DNA of 64,000 nucleotides from TPA_inf: Saccharomyces. Lineage: Eukaryota. The position numbers and the translations under genes were made by a program. The stretch is taken from assembly GCA_000146045.2 (NCBI GenBank), contig BK006935.2:166219-230218 (forward strand). Reading direction: 5' to 3'. Positions 33,491 through 46,600 of the stretch are shown here, piece after piece. Numbering within the stretch: position 1 is the first letter of the stretch; the number at the start of each line of letters is the position of its first letter. Below the pieces are notes generated by a model. That model was not told the DNA's origin, ran no database searches, and was given only the letters and a program-made list of their open reading frames with translations.

Positions 33491-36400
33491 AACACCTACT
33501 AATTGATGTTTACCAAGAACGCGAGTACAGTCATATATAGATGTAGTAGAGTTGAGATATTCTGAATCGGAAGTACGATATTTCAATTCCTATATTGCAA
33601 AAATTTATATATTTGGAGCTTCTTGAAAGAAAAAGTGTCCAACATCCTGCATGAAGTTTGATCACTTTAGCTGGTCCCATTCGAAGAACCTTTTTTTTTT
33701 TTTTTTTTTTTGAGATTCTTCATATTCTGTTATTAAATTTTTAGACTTTAATTTTTACTTTCTATGTAACGTTCACTCTTACCCTAAATATTAAACTATT
33801 TGATAAAATATTACACTGAAAGGTGTTACAACTTTTCCTAGACCAACCTTAATATAAACGTTACGATATAAAATAAACAGTAATTTTAAGATTCCATTGT
33901 TGAATGTGACACGTAACTCTAGGCCATACCTGGTTTAGTATTTTTTAAAAGAACTCTTGCTACAGCATATTTTACGTTTGCATAAAAATAAAAGAAAAGC
34001 TTCCTTATGAAACACTGGTTAAGAAAAGAAAATGGAGTGGTTACATACTCCAAAATAAATTACTCTTAATATCTGTTTATCCAATGAGGAGCAGATCTCA
34101 AAGATAATCAGACTTGTTATTGAAGCAATTGAAGTAAGTCTTCCATTGAAATCACGCTAATTATTAAGCAATATGGTGGATTAAACAACTCTGACGGGAC
34201 CGTACTACTTGATGAAAAGTTATATACAATATTGAATAACAGCATAATGCTGTATGATGTTGAGCGGAAGATTGTATAAAAATGTCCTTTTCTAAAATCA
34301 TGAAAAACGAACCCTTTAAAGTAATTTTGTAGCGAAATTTAACCTCACGAGTTCATGATCATAACTCGTTATCATTTTTGTAATATTGAATCGGTCTCTA
34401 TAGAGCCTCATGAGAAGATAGAGGACCCGAAATAATTCTCCCTTCAAACATTATGGCCAATAAGTGTCAGGAAGTGAAGCATTGACATGACAGCAGCACA
34501 TTAAAACTCTATTGAATATAAATACGATCCACGACATGTCGTTTACAAAGCGCTAAAAACTCATGAGCCAACTATTCCCTAAATTTCCAAGATCTATCAT
34601 ATATTTTTCCCTAATTTTCCAAGAGGAACCTCCATAAAATAATGCAGAAAAACATTTGTTTGATCTATTTTAAAAGGCATATCGCATGTTATAGTGAATC
34701 TGAAGATTGCTTCTCTCGTCAGTATTAATGCACTATATTACGTTTCAAATAATTCGTAGATTGTCTCAAGTTTTCAGTATATTTGCCTTCATGACCCACC
34801 GGTCCTCTTCCCTCAAGTGCTCAACGATGGGAGCTTCAGAAAAATCCAGCAGCATAGTTGAGTTCTGATTCTCTCCTTGGTAGTTTTTTCCTTTGGTGAT
34901 TTCGGATTCATAATGAAAATGTTTCGTATATTCTATGACTAAAGTTGTTATTGTTGTAAGTATTTCTGCTTCCTCTTGCAACAATTCCGCTCCCACTTAT
35001 AATGCACCGAGGTGAATTGGTCATCCTTACGAAAATACCCAGATAGAAATGGAGTAGTTGCGTGATCGTTTACTGCATCTTTTGCGCCTTTTAATCAATC
35101 TTGACGTGGATATCTTGTTTTGCTTGAACCACCACCTGTATTGCTGGTATAAATCACCATATTAACCATCGTTTTCAATCAACGCAACTTTTAGTGTATT
35201 GTCTGCAACATCTGATTTCCCTCTGGTAAGTCACCTAATCTAAAATCTCTATTTTGAATCCACGGAGACATACGTTTGAAAGATATAAAAGAGTTCATTG
35301 AAAAGTCTAGCGTCACAACTGACATTAAAATACTTAAATATGAACCAAAATTTTTTGGCTTTTATTTTCAATGCAATCATTATCTGCCTATACAGGAAAC
35401 GCTTTATTTGGCTCAATAATATGATCATGTTTGTCTGAAGTTGGCAATAAAAGAAACTAAGAAGAGCCACTAAACTTATTTTATGATATGGGAAACACAG
35501 AAAACACTCCAAAAATTTTGGTACAAGAACCTGAAAATAGAACAAAGAAAGAGGCGAGGTTTGGTACATCTAATTTACGTGACCTAGACGTTGCTCACCT
35601 TATGTTAATAGCTTATCAGAATTACAAGTAATTACTTGTAGGAACATCCTCTACTAGTGAATATGAAAGAGCAGAGGTTAGCTCCGTCTCAACCAATTTT
35701 GTACAAGTCGTTGAAAAGGACGGCTCTACTGTAGACAGGTCGATTCAAAGTCTGGTCTCAAAATAGAAGGTAAAATATTATTGAACAAAAGACCACTAAA
35801 AGGCTATGGTATGTCCAATAAGATGCAAAATAGACATTTCACTCGCTAATCGTTAGTGGGATTATATCTTACTATACTCCTTATCTCATTGAATGGCACT
35901 AGTCGATCGAGGAACAAAAAAGGATCGAACCGATTAGCACGGATTTCCTTAAGTAATTTAAATTACCAAAGAAGATCCACATCAGCAGTCGAATGTTCAA
36001 GATGCCGTAAGTTTAAAATCTTTCGTATCTTTCCCCGATCCTGTCTTTCATCAATGAACTTGAATATCAAGAGTGAAAAAAACTCATATGGCTTCTCTTG
36101 AAGAGTTAGAAAGATAGGCACATGCCAATTGTGTGCATAGCACTTACTACTCAACGATTTCACAACCTAGCATAATACGCGAAAAAAAAAGTGCATTTAT
36201 TTAGGTAAGTCTCATTACCTAAACGCCAGTTTGTTTCACGTAATTGGTAACGATGAGGGAACCGCAGTAGAAAAAACTTTCATTCACAAACGATTAAAGT
36301 GTTATGCTAGCCAGTTTCAGGCTTTTTGTTTTATGCAAGAGAACATTCGACTAGATGTCCAGTTAAGTGTGCGTCACTTTTCCTACGGTGCCTCGCACAT

Positions 36401-37184
36401 GAATGTTATCCGGCGCACGATACTTATCACCGAAAAACCTTATTCTACGGAAAACCTTATTTACATTAAAGTTGGAAAAATTTCCTCTTTTTCCTAATAA
36501 GGTGGAGCTTTTGGCTTCCAGTATGCTTTCACGGAATTATTTCTCATGTACATTTAGCTCCATTTCCAGTGCCTCCGATAGGGAGGCATCATGGTACTAC
36601 CGTGACGGAGAATACGTAGGCTGACTTTTTCGTCAGTTTGTTGTCCGTTTACAAAATTGGTGAATGAATTCTAGCCTTCCTCTGCTCATTAATTGCCCTC
36701 ACAAGAATTTGGAAGTGCGTAGAACAGGTAAAAGATTGTACTACAGAGGTATTGTGGAACCTTCTACAGTACTTCGGAATACACCTAAAAGGTTGTTGGA
36801 TGCTAAATTTAGCAAAAGTCTTTTTTAGCTCACTATTAGGCTTGTTAAAGTCTGAAATTGTTGAAAGGCACTCAAAAAGATAAATCAACAATCAGCATTA
36901 ACGGCACAGTTGAAAGAGTCACCCACTTGAAATTAGCTCGGTTATCAAATATAATTATCTCTGGTAAAGAGCTCTGCAGCAGGGTTAATCTATTCGCATA
37001 CTTACGCTGTAGGAACATTTTATTATTAGGATCCGACTACTGCCTACATATTTATTCGGAAGGCATGATGTCGAAAATTTTTGAGCTTATAAAAGGAACA
37101 TATTTCACTCTTGCTCGTTTGATGTAAGCTCTCTTCCGGGTTCTTATTTTTAATTCTTGTCACCAGTAAACAGAACATCCAAAA

Positions 37185-40100
37185 ATGACAATGCCTCATC
37201 GCTATATGTTTTTGGCAGTCTTTACACTTCTGGCACTAACTAGTGTGGCCTCAGGAGCCACAGAGGCGTGCTTACCAGCAGGCCAGAGGAAAAGTGGGAT
37301 GAATATAAATTTTTACCAGTATTCATTGAAAGATTCCTCCACATATTCGAATGCAGCATATATGGCTTATGGATATGCCTCAAAAACCAAACTAGGTTCT
37401 GTCGGAGGACAAACTGATATCTCGATTGATTATAATATTCCCTGTGTTAGTTCATCAGGCACATTTCCTTGTCCTCAAGAAGATTCCTATGGAAACTGGG
37501 GATGCAAAGGAATGGGTGCTTGTTCTAATAGTCAAGGAATTGCATACTGGAGTACTGATTTATTTGGTTTCTATACTACCCCAACAAACGTAACCCTAGA
37601 AATGACAGGTTATTTTTTACCACCACAGACGGGTTCTTACACATTCAAGTTTGCTACAGTTGACGACTCTGCAATTCTATCAGTAGGTGGTGCAACCGCG
37701 TTCAACTGTTGTGCTCAACAGCAACCGCCGATCACATCAACGAACTTTACCATTGACGGTATCAAGCCATGGGGTGGAAGTTTGCCACCTAATATCGAAG
37801 GAACCGTCTATATGTACGCTGGCTACTATTATCCAATGAAGGTTGTTTACTCGAACGCTGTTTCTTGGGGTACACTTCCAATTAGTGTGACACTTCCAGA
37901 TGGTACCACTGTAAGTGATGACTTCGAAGGGTACGTCTATTCCTTTGACGATGACCTAAGTCAATCTAACTGTACTGTCCCTGACCCTTCAAATTATGCT
38001 GTCAGTACCACTACAACTACAACGGAACCATGGACCGGTACTTTCACTTCTACATCTACTGAAATGACCACCGTCACCGGTACCAACGGCGTTCCAACTG
38101 ACGAAACCGTCATTGTCATCAGAACTCCAACAACTGCTAGCACCATCATAACTACAACTGAGCCATGGAACAGCACTTTTACCTCTACTTCTACCGAATT
38201 GACCACAGTCACTGGCACCAATGGTGTACGAACTGACGAAACCATCATTGTAATCAGAACACCAACAACAGCCACTACTGCCATAACTACAACTGAGCCA
38301 TGGAACAGCACTTTTACCTCTACTTCTACCGAATTGACCACAGTCACCGGTACCAATGGTTTGCCAACTGATGAGACCATCATTGTCATCAGAACACCAA
38401 CAACAGCCACTACTGCCATGACTACAACTCAGCCATGGAACGACACTTTTACCTCTACTTCTACCGAATTGACCACAGTCACCGGTACCAATGGTTTGCC
38501 AACTGATGAGACCATCATTGTCATCAGAACACCAACAACAGCCACTACTGCCATGACTACAACTCAGCCATGGAACGACACTTTTACCTCTACTTCTACC
38601 GAATTGACCACAGTCACCGGTACCAATGGTTTGCCAACTGATGAGACCATCATTGTCATCAGAACACCAACAACAGCCACTACTGCCATGACTACAACTC
38701 AGCCATGGAACGACACTTTTACCTCTACATCCACTGAAATCACCACCGTCACCGGTACCAATGGTTTGCCAACTGATGAGACCATCATTGTCATCAGAAC
38801 ACCAACAACAGCCACTACTGCCATGACTACACCTCAGCCATGGAACGACACTTTTACCTCTACATCCACTGAAATGACCACCGTCACCGGTACCAACGGT
38901 TTGCCAACTGATGAAACCATCATTGTCATCAGAACACCAACAACAGCCACTACTGCCATAACTACAACTGAGCCATGGAACAGCACTTTTACCTCTACAT
39001 CCACTGAAATGACCACCGTCACCGGTACCAACGGTTTGCCAACTGATGAAACCATCATTGTCATCAGAACACCAACAACAGCCACTACTGCCATAACTAC
39101 AACTCAGCCATGGAACGACACTTTTACCTCTACATCCACTGAAATGACCACCGTCACCGGTACCAACGGTTTGCCAACTGATGAAACCATCATTGTCATC
39201 AGAACACCAACAACAGCCACTACTGCCATGACTACAACTCAGCCATGGAACGACACTTTTACCTCTACATCCACTGAAATCACCACCGTCACCGGTACCA
39301 CCGGTTTGCCAACTGATGAGACCATCATTGTCATCAGAACACCAACAACAGCCACTACTGCCATGACTACAACTCAGCCATGGAACGACACTTTTACCTC
39401 TACATCCACTGAAATGACCACCGTCACCGGTACCAACGGCGTTCCAACTGACGAAACCGTCATTGTCATCAGAACTCCAACTAGTGAAGGTCTAATCAGC
39501 ACCACCACTGAACCATGGACTGGTACTTTCACCTCTACATCCACTGAGATGACCACCGTCACCGGTACTAACGGTCAACCAACTGACGAAACCGTGATTG
39601 TTATCAGAACTCCAACCAGTGAAGGTTTGGTTACAACCACCACTGAACCATGGACTGGTACTTTTACTTCTACATCTACTGAAATGACCACCATTACTGG
39701 AACCAACGGCGTTCCAACTGACGAAACCGTCATTGTCATCAGAACTCCAACCAGTGAAGGTCTAATCAGCACCACCACTGAACCATGGACTGGTACTTTT
39801 ACTTCTACATCTACTGAAATGACCACCATTACTGGAACCAATGGTCAACCAACTGACGAAACCGTTATTGTTATCAGAACTCCAACTAGTGAAGGTCTAA
39901 TCAGCACTACAACGGAACCATGGACCGGTACTTTCACTTCTACATCTACTGAAATGACGCACGTCACCGGTACCAACGGCGTTCCAACTGACGAAACCGT
40001 CATTGTCATCAGAACTCCAACCAGTGAAGGTCTAATCAGCACCACCACTGAACCATGGACTGGCACTTTCACTTCGACTTCCACTGAGGTTACCACCATC

Positions 40101-41798
40101 ACTGGAACCAACGGTCAACCAACTGACGAAACTGTGATTGTTATCAGAACTCCAACCAGTGAAGGTCTAATCAGCACCACCACTGAACCATGGACTGGTA
40201 CTTTCACTTCTACATCTACTGAAATGACCACCGTCACCGGTACTAACGGTCAACCAACTGACGAAACCGTGATTGTTATCAGAACTCCAACCAGTGAAGG
40301 TTTGGTTACAACCACCACTGAACCATGGACTGGTACTTTTACTTCGACTTCCACTGAAATGTCTACTGTCACTGGAACCAATGGCTTGCCAACTGATGAA
40401 ACTGTCATTGTTGTCAAAACTCCAACTACTGCCATCTCATCCAGTTTGTCATCATCATCTTCAGGACAAATCACCAGCTCTATCACGTCTTCGCGTCCAA
40501 TTATTACCCCATTCTATCCTAGCAATGGAACTTCTGTGATTTCTTCCTCAGTAATTTCTTCCTCAGTCACTTCTTCTCTATTCACTTCTTCTCCAGTCAT
40601 TTCTTCCTCAGTCATTTCTTCTTCTACAACAACCTCCACTTCTATATTTTCTGAATCATCTAAATCATCCGTCATTCCAACCAGTAGTTCCACCTCTGGT
40701 TCTTCTGAGAGCGAAACGAGTTCAGCTGGTTCTGTCTCTTCTTCCTCTTTTATCTCTTCTGAATCATCAAAATCTCCTACATATTCTTCTTCATCATTAC
40801 CACTTGTTACCAGTGCGACAACAAGCCAGGAAACTGCTTCTTCATTACCACCTGCTACCACTACAAAAACGAGCGAACAAACCACTTTGGTTACCGTGAC
40901 ATCCTGCGAGTCTCATGTGTGCACTGAATCCATCTCCCCTGCGATTGTTTCCACAGCTACTGTTACTGTTAGCGGCGTCACAACAGAGTATACCACATGG
41001 TGCCCTATTTCTACTACAGAGACAACAAAGCAAACCAAAGGGACAACAGAGCAAACCACAGAAACAACAAAACAAACCACGGTAGTTACAATTTCTTCTT
41101 GTGAATCTGACGTATGCTCTAAGACTGCTTCTCCAGCCATTGTATCTACAAGCACTGCTACTATTAACGGCGTTACTACAGAATACACAACATGGTGTCC
41201 TATTTCCACCACAGAATCGAGGCAACAAACAACGCTAGTTACTGTTACTTCCTGCGAATCTGGTGTGTGTTCCGAAACTGCTTCACCTGCCATTGTTTCG
41301 ACGGCCACGGCTACTGTGAATGATGTTGTTACGGTCTATCCTACATGGAGGCCACAGACTGCGAATGAAGAGTCTGTCAGCTCTAAAATGAACAGTGCTA
41401 CCGGTGAGACAACAACCAATACTTTAGCTGCTGAAACGACTACCAATACTGTAGCTGCTGAGACGATTACCAATACTGGAGCTGCTGAGACGAAAACAGT
41501 AGTCACCTCTTCGCTTTCAAGATCTAATCACGCTGAAACACAGACGGCTTCCGCGACCGATGTGATTGGTCACAGCAGTAGTGTTGTTTCTGTATCCGAA
41601 ACTGGCAACACCAAGAGTCTAACAAGTTCCGGGTTGAGTACTATGTCGCAACAGCCTCGTAGCACACCAGCAAGCAGCATGGTAGGATATAGTACAGCTT
41701 CTTTAGAAATTTCAACGTATGCTGGCAGTGCCAACAGCTTACTGGCCGGTAGTGGTTTAAGTGTCTTCATTGCGTCCTTATTGCTGGCAATTATTTAA
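37185..41798 (+). CDS. FLO1: Lectin-like flocculin, 1537 aa: N-terminal PA14/mannose-binding domain, 18 x 45-aa tandem repeats, Ser/Thr-rich stalk, GPI signal
   Basis: Signal peptide, PA14-type domain (...[29 protein letters not shown]...[34 protein letters not shown]...), a massive tandem array, and a C-terminal hydrophobic GPI-attachment tail. Confidence 0.95.
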   Translation: MTMPHRYMFLAVFTLLALTSVASGATEACLPAGQRKSGMNINFYQYSLKDSSTYSNAAYMAYGYASKTKLGSVGGQTDISIDYNIPCVSSSGTFPCPQEDSYGNWGCKGMGACSNSQGIAYWSTDLFGFYTTPTNVTLEMTGYFLPPQTGSYTFKFATVDDSAILSVGGATAFNCCAQQQPPITSTNFTIDGIKPWGGSLPPNIEGTVYMYAGYYYPMKVVYSNAVSWGTLPISVTLPDGTTVSDDFEGYVYSFDDDLSQSNCTVPDPSNYAVSTTTTTTEPWTGTFTSTSTEMTTVTGTNGVPTDETVIVIRTPTTASTIITTTEPWNSTFTSTSTELTTVTGTNGVRTDETIIVIRTPTTATTAITTTEPWNSTFTSTSTELTTVTGTNGLPTDETIIVIRTPTTATTAMTTTQPWNDTFTSTSTELTTVTGTNGLPTDETIIVIRTPTTATTAMTTTQPWNDTFTSTSTELTTVTGTNGLPTDETIIVIRTPTTATTAMTTTQPWNDTFTSTSTEITTVTGTNGLPTDETIIVIRTPTTATTAMTTPQPWNDTFTSTSTEMTTVTGTNGLPTDETIIVIRTPTTATTAITTTEPWNSTFTSTSTEMTTVTGTNGLPTDETIIVIRTPTTATTAITTTQPWNDTFTSTSTEMTTVTGTNGLPTDETIIVIRTPTTATTAMTTTQPWNDTFTSTSTEITTVTGTTGLPTDETIIVIRTPTTATTAMTTTQPWNDTFTSTSTEMTTVTGTNGVPTDETVIVIRTPTSEGLISTTTEPWTGTFTSTSTEMTTVTGTNGQPTDETVIVIRTPTSEGLVTTTTEPWTGTFTSTSTEMTTITGTNGVPTDETVIVIRTPTSEGLISTTTEPWTGTFTSTSTEMTTITGTNGQPTDETVIVIRTPTSEGLISTTTEPWTGTFTSTSTEMTHVTGTNGVPTDETVIVIRTPTSEGLISTTTEPWTGTFTSTSTEVTTITGTNGQPTDETVIVIRTPTSEGLISTTTEPWTGTFTSTSTEMTTVTGTNGQPTDETVIVIRTPTSEGLVTTTTEPWTGTFTSTSTEMSTVTGTNGLPTDETVIVVKTPTTAISSSLSSSSSGQITSSITSSRPIITPFYPSNGTSVISSSVISSSVTSSLFTSSPVISSSVISSSTTTSTSIFSESSKSSVIPTSSSTSGSSESETSSAGSVSSSSFISSESSKSPTYSSSSLPLVTSATTSQETASSLPPATTTKTSEQTTLVTVTSCESHVCTESISPAIVSTATVTVSGVTTEYTTWCPISTTETTKQTKGTTEQTTETTKQTTVVTISSCESDVCSKTASPAIVSTSTATINGVTTEYTTWCPISTTESRQQTTLVTVTSCESGVCSETASPAIVSTATATVNDVVTVYPTWRPQTANEESVSSKMNSATGETTTNTLAAETTTNTVAAETITNTGAAETKTVVTSSLSRSNHAETQTASATDVIGHSSSVVSVSETGNTKSLTSSGLSTMSQQPRSTPASSMVGYSTASLEISTYAGSANSLLAGSGLSVFIASLLLAII
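38016..40446 (+). repeat. 18 tandem copies of a 135-bp (45-aa) repeat inside FLO1, in near-identical sub-blocks
   Basis: Unit ~[44 protein letters not shown]. Two subtypes ([18 protein letters not shown] and [18 protein letters not shown]) each repeat several times, with long runs of 100% identical nucleotides. Confidence 0.9.
40890..41290 (+). repeat. Three imperfect ~50-aa repeats in the FLO1 C-terminal stalk ([46 protein letters not shown])
   Basis: Visible in the translation between residues ~1235 and ~1370. Ser-rich 21-bp-type repeats precede them at about 40540-40640. Confidence 0.8.
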
Positions 41799-44769
41799 TA
41801 AAATTCGCGTTCTTTTTACGTATCTGTGTATCTTTTCTTTGCTAATTATACGCTGACATGAATTATTTTTTAACTGTTTCTCCTCCATACTTTCAAATAT
41901 TCAAATTGACTAAATGATAATTCTTGCGCTTCTTATTTTGAAAAAGTAGATATGTGTATCATAAAGAAAACGTTATTATTATTGTCTTAGGCAACAAAAA
42001 TCCATGAAAAGAATTTTACCGTTATCGATATCATTGTATTTATTTTATTTATTTATTCAATTTTTTTTTTTTTGGTTTATATCCTGCAAACAACACTTCG
42101 AATTCAATTCGATATTTCATAAGTTACAACTAACACTTATAGAAACCGATGTATGAGTACTTATTATTAACGAGGAAAAATGCCCTATTTTCTTTAGCAA
42201 TTAATGAACCATCGCCAACTTTTGCTTTAACAATTATTGCCATTTTCAGCAGTACTAACGTAAGATCTAGTGTGGTTCGCTTAGGATGTTTTCGAGTAGA
42301 AATCTGCTGCACATGCCACACGCAGTACTTGAAACTTGAAATAATGGTGATAATTAGTTATTTAAAGTATGTTAATCTTCCTTGTTCTTTTATATTTATT
42401 TCGAATTCTTTTGCACTAGTATTTAAAATATCAGCAGAGGTGTAAAAGTGCACCAAAATTATTGTAAAACTACTTGCCCTAAAATTGATACTTCATACTT
42501 GACATATTCAAAAGGGGTCCAAGTATAGATGCATCAAAAAAAAAAATTATCCGATGATGAGCAAATGGTAGCTTTTCGTTCCCAGGAAGTGTAGTAGTTC
42601 CATGAAGTCTAATGAGACTTTGGAAAAAGGTTTGTCACGAGCACCTAACTATTGTATTTTGGAATTTTGATAAACTTCAAAACGGGAACGAAGTGTTAAA
42701 CTTAGATGCGGTTGATTTAAGCTTTAAAAGAGGAAAATAATGACTGATGATAAGAAGTCAACAACGATTCAAAGCAGGTGAATTTCCATTACGTTTCGCT
42801 TTTCAATTGAAAAAAATTTGGTGGTTATTCATTTCTTGCTTGACCTCTTTACTTTTTATACTTCTGTGATGAGAAGCAAGTTCGAGGATTTTACGATAAA
42901 GCCTACTGGTTATATTTGTATAAATTAGAACGTTGTCCTTATTTCTCTTTTCGAACAGTATCAAAATAAAGTTTTTGATTAGGGCCAGATTCTCTTCAAG
43001 GAAGAGATACCTCACGTCTGTAATATCTAAGAGCTAATGTTTCGATCGAACTTTCCTTTGCTTTTTTTCTGGATCTCATAATGTCCCACTGTATGTATGT
43101 GCCCTCGCACAGCTTTGCTCATCATAGACATTAATCATTGGTTGTACGATAAAAATATCGCAAAAATTATTCTAACGTTCAGATTAGATTCCGGCCATAT
43201 TTCTGACATTTGTTTTATTAATAAAAATTTGGCGAATGTTTTGATAACTTGATAACTGCTGATATTTCATTGTTGAAAAGGCATGATATTAGATGCACAA
43301 AGTATATTATAACTTATTATCAGAGATATAGGAACAAAAAAAAAGGGAAATTCATATCTATATGTGAAAATACCATTATTTCCTCTTCTATTTAATATAC
43401 TGTCCTTAATTTTCATATTACATTATCAACTTTTGCATTTCAGTGTCCATTAAATCTTGGGACCATTTTCTCAATCTTCATGTCGTGTTTTCACACCGTA
43501 TATAATATACTGGTAATATAAGTACTAGTCGATAGATCGCAGTTGAGTCTTATCCCAACAGTTAATGATTCACTGTGCTTTCTGTTGCTGTAGAATTTCT
43601 GAGGCATTGTCGCTCTCTTCTATGTGATGCTACAACGGAACTAGGCTTCTTATATATCGTGGTCCTACAAGATCTTGGTATCTCGTTTGCTTACTTTGAA
43701 GCTTCACTGATATATAGTATTTAAGCCACTTTCATGTTCATGGATAATCGTAATTGTACTACGCTGGTACCAGTTATGAACCCTATCAAATCATCATTGA
43801 ACACTGCTATTTTTAACTAATCAAGATGTGTATGCGGCGTACTTTATAATTTCACGACACTATTGAAAGCAAACTAAAAATCAAGTAAATACCTATCCAA
43901 GTTGCGGGCTCTGGATTTATGTGGCCTTAAATTTTCGACCTATGGTTCGCTATTCAATATGAGAAAACCAAAATTAGGTACAAGTACTGATTACGTCCGT
44001 GATTCGAAAAGCAGCGTTGAAAGATTACAAGATTTTGCGTGTCCAGGCCGACACTTAACTTTAAGGTCTCGACTTAGTAACATGAGTTGCCAAAAGTTTT
44101 TTTCTCCTATCTGAATATGGGGAACCGGAATTTGTCTTTGACCTGACTTTCAAATTGTTGCATATGTAAAAAAAAACAGAAGAAATATGATCTTCTTCTT
44201 CTAGCGATGCAAAAGGATTCATTACAAATCGTCGCAAAGGCCGACAAGTTGCAGTATATTCACATTGCTTATTTGAAGTATGTTTGTATACACATCGATA
44301 GTATTCATTAACACCACAACTGCTGTGTATACTATGTCAAACAGCATAATAAAGCCCGTCATTTTTGTACCCGCTCATTTCCAATAGGCATCTAAACTTA
44401 CAAATGTGGTACACTACTTCGAATTCATTAATCGATATTGAATGCTAAAAGTCTGCGATTTCTTCCTCAACGTTCAAAAATCTCATCCAAGGCATAATCC
44501 CACATATTGAAGATCGCTACCAATTGTTACGGGCGAACTGAGGTTTTGGAAATGAGCTTGTACTTAGTAAATTTCTCTTTGCTTGCATCTTTTTCTTCCA
44601 TGCCAAAAAATAAAAGATACTCATTTTAAAAGCGCAGCCATATTGACTAAGTAAGTAATCATAATACTATGAGTAATTTTTGAGTACTGTGCTCATTTAC
44701 TAGCTGCTTTTCTGAGAAAGATCCTCGATAATCAATTCCAGGTTAGTGGGGCCCTTCTACGGCTTCTTC

Positions 44770-45010
44770 TAACCAATTGTTCCCCGTGAGTTGCTTTCTC
44801 TGAAAACCTTATTATACATTAGAGTTATAAGAAAATTTTCTTTTTCCCGTAGATTAACCTGCAGTGCCGAACTTCTAGATGTCACACCAGACCGTTTGAC
44901 ACCGCCATTTTCCTTCCTTTTCGGAAAAATGTGCCGATAAATGGTAAGACGCGACGCCACTGCTACGAATATTACGCTTATGATGAAGCAAAAGGAAAAA
45001 GCAAGTTCCC
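44770..45010 (+). repeat. Copy B (partial) of the dispersed YAR060C-like element, 3 kb downstream of FLO1
   Basis: tttcccgtagattaacctgcagtgccgaa...cgccgataaatggtaagacgcgacg...tgatgaagcaaaaggaaaaag aligns with copy C tttcccgtagattgacttgcagcgtcaaaa...cgccgataaagaagtagtacaacag...tgatgaagcaaaagaggaagag. The minus-strand ORF 44769-44960 is a YAR060C-like fragment (LQVNLREKENFL against LQVNLRERRNFL). Confidence 0.7.
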
Positions 45011-45549
45011 CTTAAATTCGTATAACTGTTTCATCAATCTTTAGTTCTGGCATTTGAAAGTTAATTAAACTTTTCTTCGTGGTTTCTACAGGAGTTCTGC
45101 ATGTGCGTAATTCAAAGCCTGTGAAGGAAAAAGTATTGTCCTAAACAACGGTCGTAGAATACGTCAACTGTAGTTTAAAATATTTTCTGGCTCTACTCGG
45201 TGCGATAGGTCTGGCTCTTTTCTATTTACTTTTGTTTGGAGTTGTTGAGGCCGATACCCGTCTAGATGTAAATATGAAATAACAGTTCGAGGTTTTATTA
45301 CGAGAATGAAAAGGGTAATGGATTGGAGCATGTGTAAATGTCAATAGCAGAAAAAATTTACCGCAAATTGTTTCGTAGTCTTATCTTCATCGGACACTCA
45401 AGGGTTGCATAATTTTTACCCAAAGGAACAGTATACTTTTTTGATAAAAAAATCTTGTTACCTATACAGTATTGCAAGCATTTTCAGAAACTCGTCTTTT
45501 GAGTTCTAAATGCATCATACAACAACAACAACAATTTCTTATTACTGTG

Positions 45550-46600
45550 TCCTTTTGGGATTTTTCAGCCTTCCTAGCTTACCCAAAATAGCCTCTCAAG
45601 GTGAAAAAACCATGCCTGCAAGCGGATCTAAGGATGAGTAGCTAGATTACAATAAATCCTGAATTTTCTCTGAGTGTCAACTTTGTCATCGCTTGTTAAA
45701 GGGCTACTACGCTGAAAAAGAACCTGAACTCTGTTAATAGGTTGAAGATTTTATGACTTGGTATACTATTCCATACGGCTGCTCTCCTGATTGCGGTGGG
45801 TCATTGCTATAACAGTAAAATCAAGGAAGATAACAGGAAGAGTAACTTTAGTACAATAAATCTGTTGTCTTCCCGAGGATTATAATTGTTCGGCTTTCAC
45901 ACTAAGTTGAAAAGGGGGACTCAGGAAATGACAGGGTACGTTTTAGTTTCTCCAAATAAATCTTCCACACCCAGCTTCAATGTGGTAAACGGGGGAAAGT
46001 TGATTAATTGATGTTGGCACTTATATTTAACTGATGTAGAGAAGAACAACATACTACTAACGTCACAGTCAATTGTGCCAGTTTTCCAATCAAGTATTTC
46101 GAGATAATGTAAAAGTAATTGATATATGTTCGTACTGGTTTCCCAATTTCCGGGAAAAACTATGTACATGGGTGCAATTCCTTGTGGTTATTTCCTTTTA
46201 GGTTATATTGCCAACCACATCATAGTACTATTTGCGGTCACTTCAGAAGATATGTTTGCTCCTTTGATCATGATATAGACCAGGCCAACTGTACCGCTTC
46301 AGGCTTCAAAGCATTAGGAATAAGCACCACTATTACACAACCATAGAGCTACTCTTACTGTCACGTAGGTAAAACACTTGCTACTACACACACTCGTAGT
46401 GACTCATCTGACTATATTGCCGGTTGTTAAGAGGCACCAGTTAAGCACGCCATCAAGGGTACCGAATAATCTCTTCTGTATCAAGTATTCTACCTTTATG
46501 TCTGACCCACGTATTATGTGGAGCAATTACGTATTTTTCTCATATCAGCTTTGTTTTTACTCAACTTTGATATCTTAGAGAAACAGATCTTGATGTTACA
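45550..46600 (+). pseudogene. Heavily decayed FLO-family relic: N-terminal PA14-type domain plus one repeat and the start of the Ser-rich region
   Basis: The plus strand from ~45900 aligns with the FLO1 N-terminal coding region: ggaaatgacagggtacgttttagtttctccaaataaatcttccacacc against agaaatgacaggttattttttaccaccacagacgggttcttacacattc. The 46119-46346 ORF encodes YVCSFDHDIDQANCT...STTITQP (FLO1: [15 protein letters not shown]...STTTTTTEP). Region 46480-46560 resembles the FLO1/YAR062W segment encoding [14 protein letters not shown]. Many stops and frameshifts. Confidence 0.6.

Noticed and set aside
35249-35569. YAR047C-type 106-aa ORF and other short ORFs in the FLO1 upstream desert (30401-30736, 35856-36101, 36231-36624)
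   Set aside because: They are low-complexity, AT-rich and overlapping, with no homology I can recognise. They are kept out of the feature list.
37994-41308. Antisense ORFs inside FLO1 (37994-38419, 38834-39094, 39374-40111, 40250-40486, 40514-41308)
   Set aside because: They are open only because of the tandem-repeat periodicity of the sense strand (VVxVxV translations) and form no independent genes.
42149-42445. YAR053W-type 98-aa ORF downstream of FLO1
   Set aside because: Same reasoning: no domain, Leu/Ile/Phe-rich translation typical of AT-rich non-coding DNA.
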